The notes beneath the pieces were generated by a model, which made no database searches, was not told where the DNA came from, and saw only the letters and a list, made by a program, of their open reading frames with translations. This document shows positions 31,410 to 46,263 of a stretch of DNA of 64,000 bases, in pieces. Origin of the DNA: the human T2T-CHM13v2.0 reference genome, Homo sapiens. The stretch's first letter is position 1. Every line of letters starts with the position of its first letter. The stretch lies in assembly GCF_009914755.1 (NCBI RefSeq), contig NC_060926.1; one strand, written 5' to 3'. The position numbers and the translations under genes were made by a program.

Positions 31410-32072
31410 GACACTTCTCAAAAGAAGACATTTATGCAGCCAAAAGACAACATGAAAAAATGCTCATCATCACTGGCCATCAGAGAAATGCAAATCAAAA
31501 CCACAATGAGATACCATCTCACACCAGTTAGAATGGCAATCATTAAAAAGTCAGGAAACAACAGGTGCTGGAGAGGATGTGGAGAAACAGGAACACTTTG
31601 ACACTGTTGGTGGGACTGTAAACTAGTTCAACCATTGTGGAAGACGGTGTGGCGATTCCTCAAGGATCTAGAACTAGAAATACCATTTGACCCAGCCATC
31701 CCATTACTGGGTATATACCCAAAGGATTATATATAAATCATGCTGCTATAAAGACACATGCACACGTGTGTTTATTGAGGCACTATTCACAATAACAAAG
31801 ACTTGGAGCCAACCCAAATGTCCAACAGTGATAGACTGGATTAAGAAAATGTGGCACATATACACCATGGAATACTATGCAGCCATAAAAAAGATGAGTT
31901 CAGGTCCTTTGTAGGAACATGGATGAAGCTGGAAACCATTATTAGGAGATATACCTAATGTTAAATGACAAGTTAGTGGGTGCAGCACACCAACATGGCA
32001 CATGTATACATATGTAACTAACCTGCACGTTGTGTACATGTACCCTAAAACTTAAAGTATAATAAAAAAAAA
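31410..32072 (+). mobile_element. 5'-truncated L1PA (about L1PA4-5) with an internal deletion of about 165 bp
   Basis: ORF2 C-terminal sequence, 3'UTR, poly(A); TSD AAAAATATTCTCACAGGA / AAAAAATTGTCACAGGA; junction GAAACCATT|ATTAGGAG. Confidence 0.93.
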
Positions 32073-32504
32073 TTGTCACAGGAAGTAGAAGCTAAATTGC
32101 ATAATTATAGTTATTTGAAATTTTAATTTCACAGAAAAGTTTATAATAAGATGTAAAAACATAAGCAATTATTTTTGTTGTTGGGTGGTTATTTAAAATA
32201 TTAAGTTCAATTAAGTTCAATTAACAAGCTAATATCCAAATCAGTAACAATCAATAATTTGGGATTTACATCTTATTTTTTATTTTACTTTACCCCCATT
32301 CTTTAAAAGTGCTTTAAATCAGAAAATATGATTTCAACTTCAGTTTTGTCAAATATATCACTCTGCCCCTAAACACAGATAATATTTAATTGAATAAATA
32401 TCTTAATATATTTTAGTAATATGTATAGCTTTTTTAACCTTAATACTAAGGGTCTGCCACGTTTTTCTCCCTCTGAGTTTAAAAGATATTATTTTTACTT
32501 CTAA

Positions 32505-33603
<1,099 letters not shown>

Positions 33604-33944
33604 ATTTCCCAATATTAAACCAAAATAAGTTAATTAATGCACACTTTTAAGCTAAAAATGTACATATAGCCTTTCTATCAAAAAAAAAAGAAAATATAAT
33701 GATTAATCTCATTACAATTGCTTGTAAGGACATTGTCTAACAAATTTATGGTGAAACTAGTTTTACCTTCTTTTTTCCCCAAGAATATGATTTACTGACT
33801 TCAATATAGAATAGACATTGCTTGGATTTATTTGCTTCATTTCCAATTCAGAATTCTGTTACTCATAGCAAAAAAATCATGTTTGCTCATTCTTAACAAT
33901 AAAATTGAATATAAAGAAAATTATGCAATTAAAGAACATATACA

Positions 33945-34248
<304 letters not shown>

Positions 34249-34693
34249 CTATGTCTTATTTTGGGTGTGACTACTAAATTAAAGTAAAATATTAAAAATG
34301 TTTGTTTTTTTCTTATTTTTAATTTTTTGATAAATTTCAAACAGGAGAAAGACCAAAGAAGAACAATGAATAGATTACGTTCACAAAAAACGACAAACTT
34401 ATTTTTTTTCCTGTTCCTGGATCATTACACCAATTAATAGGGCAACTTTAATTCCTGGTTCCACTTTTTCCTTCATTTACACATTTTTTAATAATAGGCT
34501 TCAGACTCATGTATTTATTCTTATTAAAAACGGCATTTTATCTTTATGTCAGAAGCCATGTGCAATTTTCTACTGTCGGGGAAAATACCATATTTATGGT
34601 TGTTATATAAAAGTTCCTGTCCTTATAATAACAAAGGTCATTTTCATGATGTCAAGCTTTCAATTAGAATATTTAAATATAAATTGTTATTAT

Positions 34694-35061
34694 TGTATTA
34701 GTTTGTTCTCATGCTGCTAATAAAGACATACCCGAGGCTGGGTAATTTATAAGGGAAAAAGGTTAATTGACTCACAGTTGAGCATGGCTGGGGAGGCCTC
34801 AGGAAATTTACAATCATGACAGAAAGGGAAGCAAACATATCCTTCTTCACATGGCAGCAGCAAGAAGTGCAGAAAAAATTGGGGGAAAATCCCTTATAAA
34901 ACCATCAGATCTCATGAGAACTCACTCTCATGAGAACAGCATGAAGGTAACTGCCTCCATGATTCAATTACCTCCCGTCTGGTTCCTTCCATGACATGTA
35001 GGGATTATGGGAACTACAGTGCAAGATGAGATTTCAGTGGGGACACAGCCAAACCATATTA
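34694..35061 (-). mobile_element. THE1C-like solo LTR
   Basis: TGTATTAGTTTGTTCTC...CAGCCAAACCATATTA; 5-bp TSD ATTAT on both sides. Confidence 0.92.
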
Positions 35062-35149
35062 ATTATAATCAGGAAAAGGCTGTGGTTCTGTACATAAAGT
35101 ATCTCAAATCAGATTTATTTGGTTGAATTATTAGAAAGTAAGTGTGGAG

Positions 35150-36600
35150 ACATCTGGTTTTATAAAATTGGAGTAAGCACATTTCCATCTTAGTCCTCCT
35201 GTCTAAAATCCTGGAAAAGATAAAGGAAACAAACTGTAGAAGACTCTAAAAGGGGCAGATAAGAAGGTAGTCTGCCAAGAAATGTCAGGGGCCAAAGGAG
35301 CTACTTAGTGGCTAGTACCTTGGTTTTGTTTGTTTGTTTTTGTCTTCTTTTTTTCTTGCTGTGGTCTGGGCATAGGAGAAAGTTGCAACCTCAAAATACC
35401 AACAGACACATACAGAAAACAAACAAAACTGAACAAACAAAGCAAAACAGGATAAGCCTGCTGTCTTTGGCTAGGGGAGAGAAGGAGGCCCTGTAGGACA
35501 GACATTTTGACAACATGGGCTTTACTTCTGAACACCACATAAAAAACTGCCCTCCACCATCACCCTATTTACAATATGATTATTATGATTTATAAATATT
35601 ATTTAGATTTCTAATTAATAGTGGACACTGGAGCTGCATGGGCAAAGCCCTATTTCCTGGTTAGAGGAAGTCTCAGAGGTTGTGTGTGCTCCATTCAACC
35701 CTGGATATGACGGCTAGCTTCACCTAATGGTTGTTGGGCATCTGTAAGGGCTATGTGTATGAGCAGAGCCTAACTCTCTCCTGCCTAGGCAATGAAGCAA
35801 CTCCACCTACAAGGGTGGGCATTGCCTGAGAGCTGAGTCTATTCATCATTCTGTTCCAGTAATGAGGCAGCTCTATTTTTCAGCCATAGATATCTACAGA
35901 AGCTGTACCTGAGAGATAAATCTGTCTATCATTCCACCTTAAAAATGAATCAGCTTGCTCTTTCAGCATACCACCGTCCACGAGGGCTGTGAGTGGGAGC
36001 TGAGTTTTTCTGTCATCCCAACCAAGCAACAAAGCAGCCCCATCTCTTTGCTGACCTCTTAACTCATTAACTAGTAGTTTAGAAGTTGTACCTGAGAACT
36101 GAGTCTATCTACCATCTCACACTGGCAGTAAAGAGGCATCTCCTCCTCCTAGCTGGAGTGTGTCTGAAGATGCATGTCTATGAGTGGAATCTGATTACTA
36201 TCCCAGTGTAGCAGTCACAAATAATAATATCTAAGTAAGAATCAGAGTCTTGTAAAGCAACATGCATAATGTTCAGGATACAATCAAAATTAACTTCACA
36301 TAGCGAGAGAAAGGAAAATCTCAGCTTGAATGAGGAAAGACATTTGATAGACTTGATGCCTAACCAAGACTGAGATAACATGAATGATGGAATTTTTGGA
36401 TAAAATTTTAATGTAATATGATAAAAAGTATCTCATTGTCAATATATTCTAGAAACAAATACAAAACAGAAAATCTTAGCAACGAAATAGAAGACATAAA
36501 GGAGAACCAAAGATAAATTATAGACCTGGAAAATGCAGTTTTGAAATTAAAAGCCATTAGAAAATGCAATCACGAATTGAGGTAACTAAGGAAAGAGTCT
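35150..36600 (+). mobile_element. Ancient L1M 5'UTR and ORF1-start fragment
   Basis: AATGTTCAGGATACAATCAAAATT...GAAAATCTCAGCTTGAATGAG...GAAATAGAAGACATAAAGGAGAACCAA, typical of L1MD/L1ME 5' ends. Confidence 0.6.
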
Positions 36601-37510
36601 AAGGATATAAAAAAAATTAGCAGATAAAGACAAAGTCTTTTGGATGGTGAGAAGAAAGAGCCTGGGAGAGAAAAATGTTGGGGCACTCTCATATGCTGCC
36701 AGATTATTGGAATAAGCATAATCCAGTATCAGAAATGAAACAGTAGCTCCAGATTATAGTTCCAACACAGCAGAAGTTAAGGAGCATTTCCTCTTGGCAG
36801 CTGATGGGAGTCCTGTGCCATATATAGAGACTCTAGTTCTCAATTAGTTATTAATCTATTATAAACTGCTCTCACATAAATGAATATAAGTTACTTTCCC
36901 AGCACACACCTTTGGTCTTTAGGAAATGAACCCTGAAGTAGTTATTTCAAAATGGGTCTTTATCACTCCCTTTTTAAGTCTTATGTTAATTCCTATCTTG
37001 GCAGTTTCCTGGGGAAAATGTAATAAACATTGTGTCATCCCTGATCCCATTCATGGTAGCAGAGTGCTATGAATGCTTTCACACAATCCTCAGGGGCATT
37101 ATGATTCATACTTAAATTGGATCCTACCACTATGTAAATACTATAATCAGAAATTAAGGGACAATAAGTTAGCTATAAGCTCTGGATGTCTTCTGGTTCC
37201 TCAGAACCCCTATAATATAATGAACAGAGAAAATTTGTATTTATTCCAAAGGGCCAATTATCTGCACACACGATTTCAGTTAGTAAATAACCGATTTAGT
37301 GTTGATGGTGTCTTTTCTTTCATCCTTTCCCAAATATGTACTTTTTAGCATTGGAACTGATAAAGCATGGTATTGTATTAAACAGATAAAACAATTAAAC
37401 ATGATTCCTCAGATTAACTTTTAATTATTTGGCTAAAAATGCATTGCTGATTAATGAAACTTTTTCCAAGAAAAAGCAGAGCTCCAAAAACACCGTTCTC
37501 TCTAGGTGAT

Positions 37511-37546
37511 TGTGTGTGTATGCATGTGTGTGTGTGTACTTGTGTA
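37511..37546. repeat. Imperfect (TG)n microsatellite
   Basis: tgtgtgtgtatgcatgtgtgtgtgtgtacttgtgta. Confidence 0.8.
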
Positions 37547-37753
37547 TTTAATAGGACTTCAAATCTACTTTTTCCTTTTTAAATTTTTTATATAGTTTCT
37601 TCTTGATTTAAGTTTATAAACCTAGAACTAGGAAGAGATTAAAAGAAAACTTTATATGGAACAAGATAGTTGTGTTATAAAGATTCCTAGGGTTCAAGTC
37701 TTAGTTCAGCCATTTACACCTTGCAGGGCATTTAACCTCTCCTAGACTTGAAT

Positions 37754-38326
37754 TGCTAGTAGTAGCAGACTTAGTTTATGCTCATACTAAGTTGCACACT
37801 TGCCCAGTATTCCGGCTAGAGAGGTCTGAGGAGCAGTTTGCATTTTGCCAGAGATCTGGAGCCAGGTTGTCACTCCTGCTACCAATGTAATGTCCTACTG
37901 GCAAAGAGCAACCACTATAACTGTGCATTGGCTGGCTGGGGTTTATGGAACTATTGCTTTTCCAACAGCTCCTTGTAGAAGCCAGGTAACTCAACCAGAA
38001 AGTGTGGAAAATTTAATTTGAACTAGTGGGAGATAGGGGTAGAAGAAAGCCAGTGGACGAATTTGTCTCTCTTTTCCCCAAAGCTCCTGGGTTTTTCTGT
38101 TCCTTAATAGTTCACATACCTCTGGGAAGATGTCTTGTGACACTGAGAAACCAAATGCACTTGTTACAAAGCTGTAACCAGCTTACTTAATAGCTCTTAT
38201 GTGTGCTTTCCTTGTCTCATTCCTCCTTTCCTCCCACCTTTGCATCGTGGATTGCTTTTTTCATTCGAGTGTCATTATATAAGCTCCTTCTCAGGATATG
38301 CTTTCTACATCATTAAGGATAAGACA
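37754..38326 (+). mobile_element. Ancient ERVL LTR (LTR16/LTR33-like)
   Basis: TG start; CTCAGGATATGCTTTCT...GGATAAGACA end; pyrimidine-rich U5. Confidence 0.45.
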
Positions 38327-38449
38327 TTACAACACGAAATTAGCCTATGAAATCAAAGAAACTACATGACCTAAATAATAGAATAGCTGTCAGGAGCAAA
38401 AGACATTAATTAAATGAGTACAAGAAAGAGTGGATGATTAAGCTCATAG

Positions 38450-38577
38450 ATTTTTTGAGCAAATATTTGTTGAGTACCTATTTTGGGCTAGGCACTGTTA
38501 TATGCAATGGAAATGCAGCAGTAAACAAACTGAAAGCATGCTCTGCCTTCATGGCGTGCACTTTTTAGTGACAGGGA
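38450..38577 (-). mobile_element. L2 3'-end fragment
   Basis: CAAATATTTGTTGAGTACCTA...AGGCACTGT...CAGCAGTAAACAAA...CTCTGCCTTCATGG. Confidence 0.75.
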
Positions 38578-38824
38578 CACCGTATTTATCCCTAGCCTCT
38601 CTGTCCGTGCAAAGATCTGTTTTTGGGGGTGGGGGTGGGGCTTCTTAAGCTTCTCTCTCTTACCCTATTCTAAATGAAATTCTGTCTTTTCAATATGATT
38701 CCTAGACATTATGGTAAGGATTGTTTGCCTCAAGAAAATGAAGTAAAGAGATACAACTGAAAAGGTGGAAGGAAATAGAATAATGAGAATAAATTATTGT
38801 GTTTATGACCTTTAAGAAAATATG

Positions 38825-39127
38825 GGCCAGGCATGGTGGCTCCCCCCTGTAATTTCAGCTCTTTGGGAGGCTGAGGTGGGAGGATTCCTTGAGCCCAAAA
38901 GTTTGAGACCAGCCTGGGCGACATGGCAAGACCCAGTCTCTACAAAAGAAAAAAAAATAGCTGGGCATTGTGGCTTGCACCTGTAGTTCCAGCTACTTGG
39001 GAGGCTGAAGTGGGAGGATGGTTTGAGAACAGGGAGCCAAGGATGCAGTGAGCTGTGTTGGCGCCACTGCACTCCAGTCGGGGTGACAGAGTGAGGCCAT
39101 GTCTCAGAAAAACAACAACAAAAAAAA
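38825..39127 (+). mobile_element. AluJ
   Basis: GGGAGGATT..CTTGAGCCC, GCAAGACCC, GGGAGGATGGTTTGAG diagnostics. Confidence 0.92.
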
Positions 39128-39207
39128 CTCAATAGAAAGTGTGGAGGAGGCGAGGTTTAGCAGGTGAGATACCTGGGGCAACCATAGAACTGTAAGAGAA
39201 TGAGAGT

Positions 39208-39341
39208 GCATTAGGAGAAATACCTAATGTAGATGACGGGTTGATGGGTGCAGCAAACCACCATGGCATGTGTATACCTACGTAACAAACCTGCATGTTC
39301 TGCACGTATATCCCAGAACTTAAAGTATAATTTTTTTAAAA
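39208..39341 (+). mobile_element. Severely 5'-truncated L1PA7-like 3' end (about 135 bp)
   Basis: GCATTAGGAGAAATACCTAATGTAGATGACGGGTTGATGGG...CCCAGAACTTAAAG; TSD AAGAGAATGAG (39194, 39342). Confidence 0.9.
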
Positions 39342-40232
39342 AAGAGAATGAGGTGTAAAGAAAAGGAAATTTTTACAAGTATTGTGACAACTTATTCATT
39401 GGATCACCATTAATGCATGTCAATAGACACGAGCTTGAACTAAATTTTAAAAGTTACTTCTCGGTACTGGAATGTACTTTGTTGAATCCAATTCTGGGCC
39501 ATAAGGATTAAGAATTAATAAATGTAAAATGTTTGGTATAGCTTTAAAATTGAGTCATTTAATTACATATGTTGGTTGTCAATGAGAATCTTTCCAAAAT
39601 TCTCAATTTTACCCAAATCTTATGACTTCTAATTTGTTTGTTGCTCTTCTCTTGCCACTTGAGGAAACATATTTTATCAGCAAATTTATATATGTATTTA
39701 TTTGGGAAGAAAAGTAGAAGAGATAAAAGGGAAAAGGAAGACGGAAACATGTTAGAGATTAAAAGAGAAGAAGGATGAGTTAAACTATTCAAAAGAAAAA
39801 AAAACACACACAGAATGGAGATTTTTCTTATTCCTTAGGAGGAGTTCTCTCTTCTCTAGTATTACTTCCTCATTGAGCAAATATCATCAATGAGATAAAA
39901 TGAAAAATTTCAGGATCCTGGTTCCTTTTGTTTGGCACTTCCCATTTTCACTCTGTTGATTGCTATTTTCAACAAGCACACTCAGGCTATACGGAAAAAG
40001 TGTACAACCAAACCAGATCCATACGGGAATAATTTATATAAGACTAAGGGAAAGGGGAACAGAGCAGAAGGGAAACTGGAGACCAAAAGGCTGCACCAGC
40101 AGTCCAAATTGTGCTTTAAGAACAAAAAGAAATTCATTCTCATTTTAGACTAGTTTTCTCCCCAGATCTATGTTTTGCATGAAGACCAAGAAATCAAGAA
40201 ACCATAGGAGAGCCAGGGAGTCCAGAGGAAAT

Positions 40233-40335
40233 GGGGATGGAAGTGATCTGAATCTTGATTGTGGCAATGGTTACAACACTATACGCATTTGTTAATATTC
40301 ACAGGACTGCACATTGAAAAGGTAAATTTTACGCT
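40233..40335 (+). mobile_element. Ancient L1M 3'UTR fragment
   Basis: GGGGATGGAA...TCTTGATTGTGGCAATGGTTACA...GGTAAATTTTAC. Confidence 0.6.
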
Positions 40336-42599
40336 TAAAAAGAGAACAGGAGAATAGAAACAGGTTGCTCTTCCCAGTGGTGGCTGCACGACATACTTAA
40401 GCTAAGTGATCATATGGCTGAGACTGCAAATGTTTGATTGTTTCACTGGCCACTTCAGCTGACCAGCTATTACTAAGTGTTTGAAATGTTCTTTCCTTCA
40501 TTTCATGAGAGAGAAAAAATAATGAGTAAACAAAAAGTGTCTGTGAATATGTCAAAGGATATTATTGTTTACAACGCCTGCGTGTGTCATATGCCTATAT
40601 AAAATTGTCAGTCAATCTGAGTCTATGTGGGTTTCTGTGACTCATTTCAACATAGAATATGAGTAAGAATAATGTGTCATTTTGGGTGTAGGGGAATTAA
40701 GCATGAGCTTGTTTCATCCTTGTTCTTGCCCTTGCCCACGTGGATGGCAAGAAAAAGCCTATAAAATGGTTGAATTACACAAAGAAAACTGCTTTTGTCT
40801 CTAAATTCTTGCTTCTGACCTATAATTCTGGGAGAAGACAAAAAGTCAGATCATAAAACTTTTCAGGTTTTACAAAACTGATTTAGAAAAAAAAATCACT
40901 TCGCTGTGTGCCCTTCTTATCTTAAAGTATATAGATTCTTTCAGAGAAAAGTGTTACTAATTAAGAAGCATATTGATAATGACAATAATCAAAGTAGATT
41001 AATTTTTAATCCTTATAGAATGGCTGAGAAACCTATCACATACCTTATCAGCAGAAATCAATAGAAAGGATTGTAAATCTCATTATTTCCCAGCACTAAG
41101 AGTCTTTATCTCTTTTTCACCCAAGCCATTTCTCTGGCAAGAAACCATTACACTGAATACCGTAGGCTCATTTTTAAGATGCTCATAATATATTATATGA
41201 ATATTTTACAGAGCAATCCAAGAATACGTAGACCCCTCTCAGAATCTGCAGGAGCCATAGCTCTAAAGCCAGCCTCTTTCCTGCAGGGTTCTCAAGGAAG
41301 TCATTCTCTAAGCAAAGCAGTGACTGCAGGGAAAGGGAGCCGCTGCAGCTTGTGTCCAGAAGAAATCAGCAAGACCACAATACTTTTTAAATGACCTGTA
41401 AAATTGAGCACTTTCAGATCTCATTCAACAAGGCCTGCCAGGCCAGGTGCACTGGAAGTCAATTACTGTATTAAGCTAATGTTCAGAGCTGTTGAGAATT
41501 AGAGATGAAGAGCATCTAAAAATGGAACTGCTCGTGCTGCTTCCATGTCTTAATGGAAGATTATGTGTGCCTTTTAGCGGTTATGATAATAAAATTAATT
41601 TTTGTTCTTTTTAATAGGGTTAAAAACCTTTAATGCAAAACAGGTGGTTCTAGATTTGTATAAACAGGATAAAAATTATGCAAAATAATTTACTTTTAAT
41701 GATTCATATTTTATTCATGATTAAAATATGTTTGCAAAATGGCTAAGGAAACATTTTGCTTAACTTCAAGAGGTGGATGTTGTCTCAATGCCAGAATTAA
41801 CTGAACTAAAATTCAGAATATGTGGCTTCTATTTTCAAGCAATGATGTGCTATCAATAAGTAGCTTTTTAACAGGATAGAAAAGAATATTTTGGTAAAAT
41901 AATAATAAAAGCTACACTTATATTGATATAGTAATTAATTGTTTTACCATGGCTTGACTTCCATAGAGAATCTTTTAAAAAAATGTTTACTTTACAGTTT
42001 GAAAATGTTTTCTCCTTACTCTGCTTTTCTGCATTCAGTTATTCTACTTTGGTTTTCTGTGCAGTTTCTGACTTATTTAGGGAAGTTCTTTGCTGAGAGG
42101 TACCTGGTGAATGAGGACAGAGTACCACATTCTTTGCCTGATACTGGGGGAGGGCCTTGCCTATAGTTCTTCTACTCCTATATTCCTCTGATAGAAGGAA
42201 TAAATTTTCTTAAAAGCCAAACTGCAGTAAAACATGATATACTAAATTTCCTTCTGAACATCTGATAGAAGCATAGAATGACAGCTGAATCTATAACCAA
42301 GAATTTTCTTCCAGGAGCTGGAAATCTTTGGATCTGTGCATGGGGCGATGGGGATGGGGAATGTGGCGGAAAGCATGATCAACAGAATTGATTTTCTTAA
42401 CTTGAAATATGTAGCTAAGACAGGAAAGGAAGGAACAAAGCTATAGCAAATTGTCACTCAAGTTTGATTATTTTTGTGAGCTACGATATTTGTAATATAG
42501 AAAAAGAAGCTCTGGGATGCGACCTGATTTTAGGATAGTGATATACATGAAATGGAAGGAACAGAAGGAAGAAGAGGGGAAAATTTCAATAGAAACTTC

Positions 42600-43430
42600 C
42601 TACTCAAAATAAGCTTTCAAATGAAAATTACAAACCATATAAATAAATAAATGCCTTGGTAATAATAATAAAAAAGAAATTAATGTATTGAATATGTATT
42701 TGCTTTGGCTGAAAATAAAATCTGAGGAATGTCTGAAAAATTAAATATTTTTCAGATTCTACAAGAGACATATGAGAAAATAACATTATTAAGATAGAGT
42801 AATATTCTCAGCATTTATGTGTAGACCATCATATGCCAGACATTGTTCCAAGAGCTTTACATATAACAACTCAATAATTCTTATGACAATAGTAAGAGAA
42901 AAACACTCATTTTGCAAACGATGACACTGAGACAAGGGGAGTTTAAGTTATTTGTCCAACCTTATATAATAAGTGAAAGAGTCCACATTTGAACCTATGC
43001 AATCTGACTCCAGAACTGAGTTCTCAACTACTGTATGCAAGAAATAATAATAAAAAAGACAGTGGGCTGAAATTGAATAAGTACTAGTAGATATAAACAT
43101 ACTAAAATAGAAAATTTGACAGTGAAAATTTAGTCACTGAAATAAAAATAAGCCATTACTAAGATTAACTATAGATTCATACAAAATGAAAATAATAAAT
43201 AGGAAAATAATTGAATCTATTAGAATGCATCCTGGCAAGCAATGAGATTAAATGTCTGATTTATTTTCAAACATTTAAAAGAGATTTAGAAACTCCAAGA
43301 TTTAAAAAATAGGAAGTAAAGAAGAAAAGAATAAAACAAATCTTGGAGAAGCAAAAACTGAATATAGATGAGAATTTTTCACATAGAAAGAGGCAAGAGC
43401 TCAAAATTGAAAGTTCAATCCAAGTTCAAT
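42600..43430 (+). mobile_element. Ancient L1M/HAL1 ORF1-like A-rich remnant interrupted by MIR
   Basis: A-rich degenerate sequence with CTGAAATAAAAAAT...AGATTA and GAGAATTTTTCAC motifs. Confidence 0.35.
42797..43037 (-). mobile_element. MIR
   Basis: ATGCCAGACATTGTTCCAAGAGCTTTACAT...CATTTTGCAAACGATGACACTGAGAC...TTTGAACCTATGCAATCTGACTCCAGA. Confidence 0.8.
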
Positions 43431-43729
43431 CCAATTATGAGTTATCATAACTTATTTATCTCCCATGTATGTTTCCCTGGTAGAAACTGTGCATTCAATA
43501 TGGACAGTTTAATTTTTTCTGTATAATATGTATGTCATTTGTTTTCTTTTCTTAAGTCTTACTTCACTGGCAAAAATATCTAGCCCTGTTGAATAAGACT
43601 GGTGAGGGTGGACATCCTTAACAATTGCAGGAGGCAAGCATTCCAATTCAGCCTTTCATCACTAAGTGTTAGTTATAGCTTTTTCTGGTTGCTGTTTGTC
43701 AAGTTGAAGAAGTTCCCCATTCTTTAAAA

Positions 43730-46263
43730 TTCTTTTATTTTTAATTTTTATGGGCACATATATATATATATATATATTTGTGGGGTACATGAGATATTTT
43801 GATACAGACATACCATATGTAATAATCACATCAGAGTAAATTGGGGATCCATCATCTCAAGCATTTATCATTTCAATGTTACAAACATTTCCATTATATG
43901 CTTTTGGTTGTTTTTAAATGTACAATAAATTATTGATGACTGTAGTAACCCTGTTATGCTATCAAATACTAGATATTATTCATTCTATCTAGCTATATTT
44001 TTGTACCCATTGAACATCCCACTCCCCACCCCTATCCACTACCCTTCCCAGCCTCTGATAACCATCATTCTACTATCTCTATGAGTTCAATTGTAATTTT
44101 TAGCTCCCATAAATAAGTGGGAACATGCAAAGTTTGTCTTTCTGTGTCTGGCTTATTTCACTTAACATAATGACCTTTAGTTCCATTCATGTTGTTGGAA
44201 ATGACAGGATTTCAATTTTTTTAATAGCTGAATAGTACTCCACTGTGTATATATACCACATTTTCTTTATCCATTTGTCTATTGATGGACACTTAGGTTA
44301 CTTGAAATCTTGACTATTGTGAATAGTGCTGCAATAAACTTGGGAATGCAGATAAGTTTTCAACATACTGATTTCATTTTTTTTTTTAGACAGGAATTTG
44401 CCATTGCTTAAGCTGAAGTGCGGCGGCTGGATCATAGTTCACTGCAGCCTCGAGCTCCTGAGCTCAAGTGATCCTCCCACCTCAGCCTCCCAAGTAGCTA
44501 TGACTACAGGCATGCACCACCACACCTGAATTTTTCTTTCCTTTTCTTTTTTAATAGAGATAAGGTCTCACTACATTGCCCAGGCTGACCTTGAACTCCT
44601 GACCTTAAGCAGTTCTCTGATCCTGGCCTCTGAAAGTGCTGGGATTAAAGGCATGAGCCACCATGCATTTCCTTTGGATATATAGCCAGTATTGGAATTG
44701 CTGAATTATATGATAGTTATATTTTTAGTTTTTTGAGGAACACCCATGCTGCTTTTCTTAGTGGCTGTAGTAGTTTACATCCCCATCAACACTGTGTAAG
44801 TGTTCCCTTTCCTCTATATCCTTGTCAACACTTGCTATCTTTTTTCTTTTCATAGTAGCCATTCTAAGTAAAGTGAGATGATAACGCATTGTGTTTTCGT
44901 TTGCATTCCCTTGGTGATTGATGCTTCTGAACATTTTTCAATGTACCTGTTTGGTACTCATATGTCTTCTTTTGAGAAATGTCTCTGAATGTTTTTTGCC
45001 CATTTTTAATTTGGACTGTCTCTTAATGTTTTTTGCCCATTTTTAATTTGGACTGTTTGCTTCTTTGCCATTTAGATGTTTGAGTTTCTTGGACATTCTG
45101 AATATTAACTTATTGTCACATTTATTGTTTGTAAACATTTTCTCTTTTTCTGTAGGTTGTCTCTTCACTCAATTGTTTCTTCTGCTGTAAAGAAGCTTTT
45201 TAGTTTGATGTAATCTCCTTTGTCTATTTTTGCTTTTGTTGCCTGTGTTTTTGAAATCTTATCTAAAATAATCATTGACTAGACCAATGTGATGAGGCAT
45301 TTTACCTATGTTTTCTTCTAGTAGTTTCATAGCCTTGGTTCTTACATTTAAGGCTTTAATCCATTTTGAGTTGATTTCTGAATTTGGTTAGAGATATGGA
45401 TGTAGTTTTATTTTTCTGCTCATGGATATCCAATTTTTTCAGCACCATTTATTGGAGAGACTGTCCTTTCCCCAGTGTTTGTTCTGGGCACTTTTGTCAA
45501 AAATCAGCTGTGGATACATGCATTTAATTCTGGGCTCTCCATTCTCTTCCATTGGCCTACGTGTCTGTTTTTATGACAGTACCATGCTGTTTTGGTTATT
45601 ATAGCTTTGTAGTAGATTTTGAGGTTAGGCAATATGATGCATCCAGTTTTGTTCATTTTGCTCAAGATTGCCTTAGCTATTTGAGGTATTCTGTGGTTCC
45701 ATATAAATTTCAGGATGTTTTTTCAGTTTCCATATAGAATGTCATTGGTATTTTGATAGGGATTACATTAAATCTGTAGATTGCTTTCAGTAGTATGGAC
45801 ATTTTAACAATATTAATTATTCCCATCCATGAACGTGGGATAGCTTTGTGTTTTCTTCAATTTCTTTTGTCAATATTTCATAGTTTTCAGTGTAGAAATC
45901 TTTCACCTCATAGGTAAAATTTATTCCTACATACCCTTTTTGGTAATTATTATAATTGGGATTGTTTTCTTAATTTCTTTTTCAAATAGTTTACTATTAG
46001 TGTATAGAAATGCTACTGATCTTTGTTGATTTTTTATCCGGCAACTTTACTGAATCCGTTTATTAGTGCTAACATATTTTGATGAAATCTTTAGGGTTTT
46101 CTATATGTAATATGTGGTCTGCAAACGGATAATTTGACTTCCTTCTTTCCAATTGGGATCACTTTTATTTATTTATCTTGCCTAATTTATCTGTCTAGGA
46201 CTTCTAAAACTGTGTTGAATAGAGGTGGCAAGGGTGGACATCCTTGTCTTGTTCCAGATCTTA
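43730..46263 (-). mobile_element. L1MA (about L1MA5/6) 3' fragment with a (TA)n tract and an AluJ insertion
   Basis: GGGGTACATGAGATATTTTGATACAG...AATAATCACATCAG 3'UTR; ORF2 3' region antisense. Confidence 0.85.
44377..44666 (-). mobile_element. AluJ
   Basis: ATCATAGTTCACTGCAGCCTCGA, CTCAAGTGATCCTCCCACCTCAGCC; TSD ATTTC. Confidence 0.88.
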
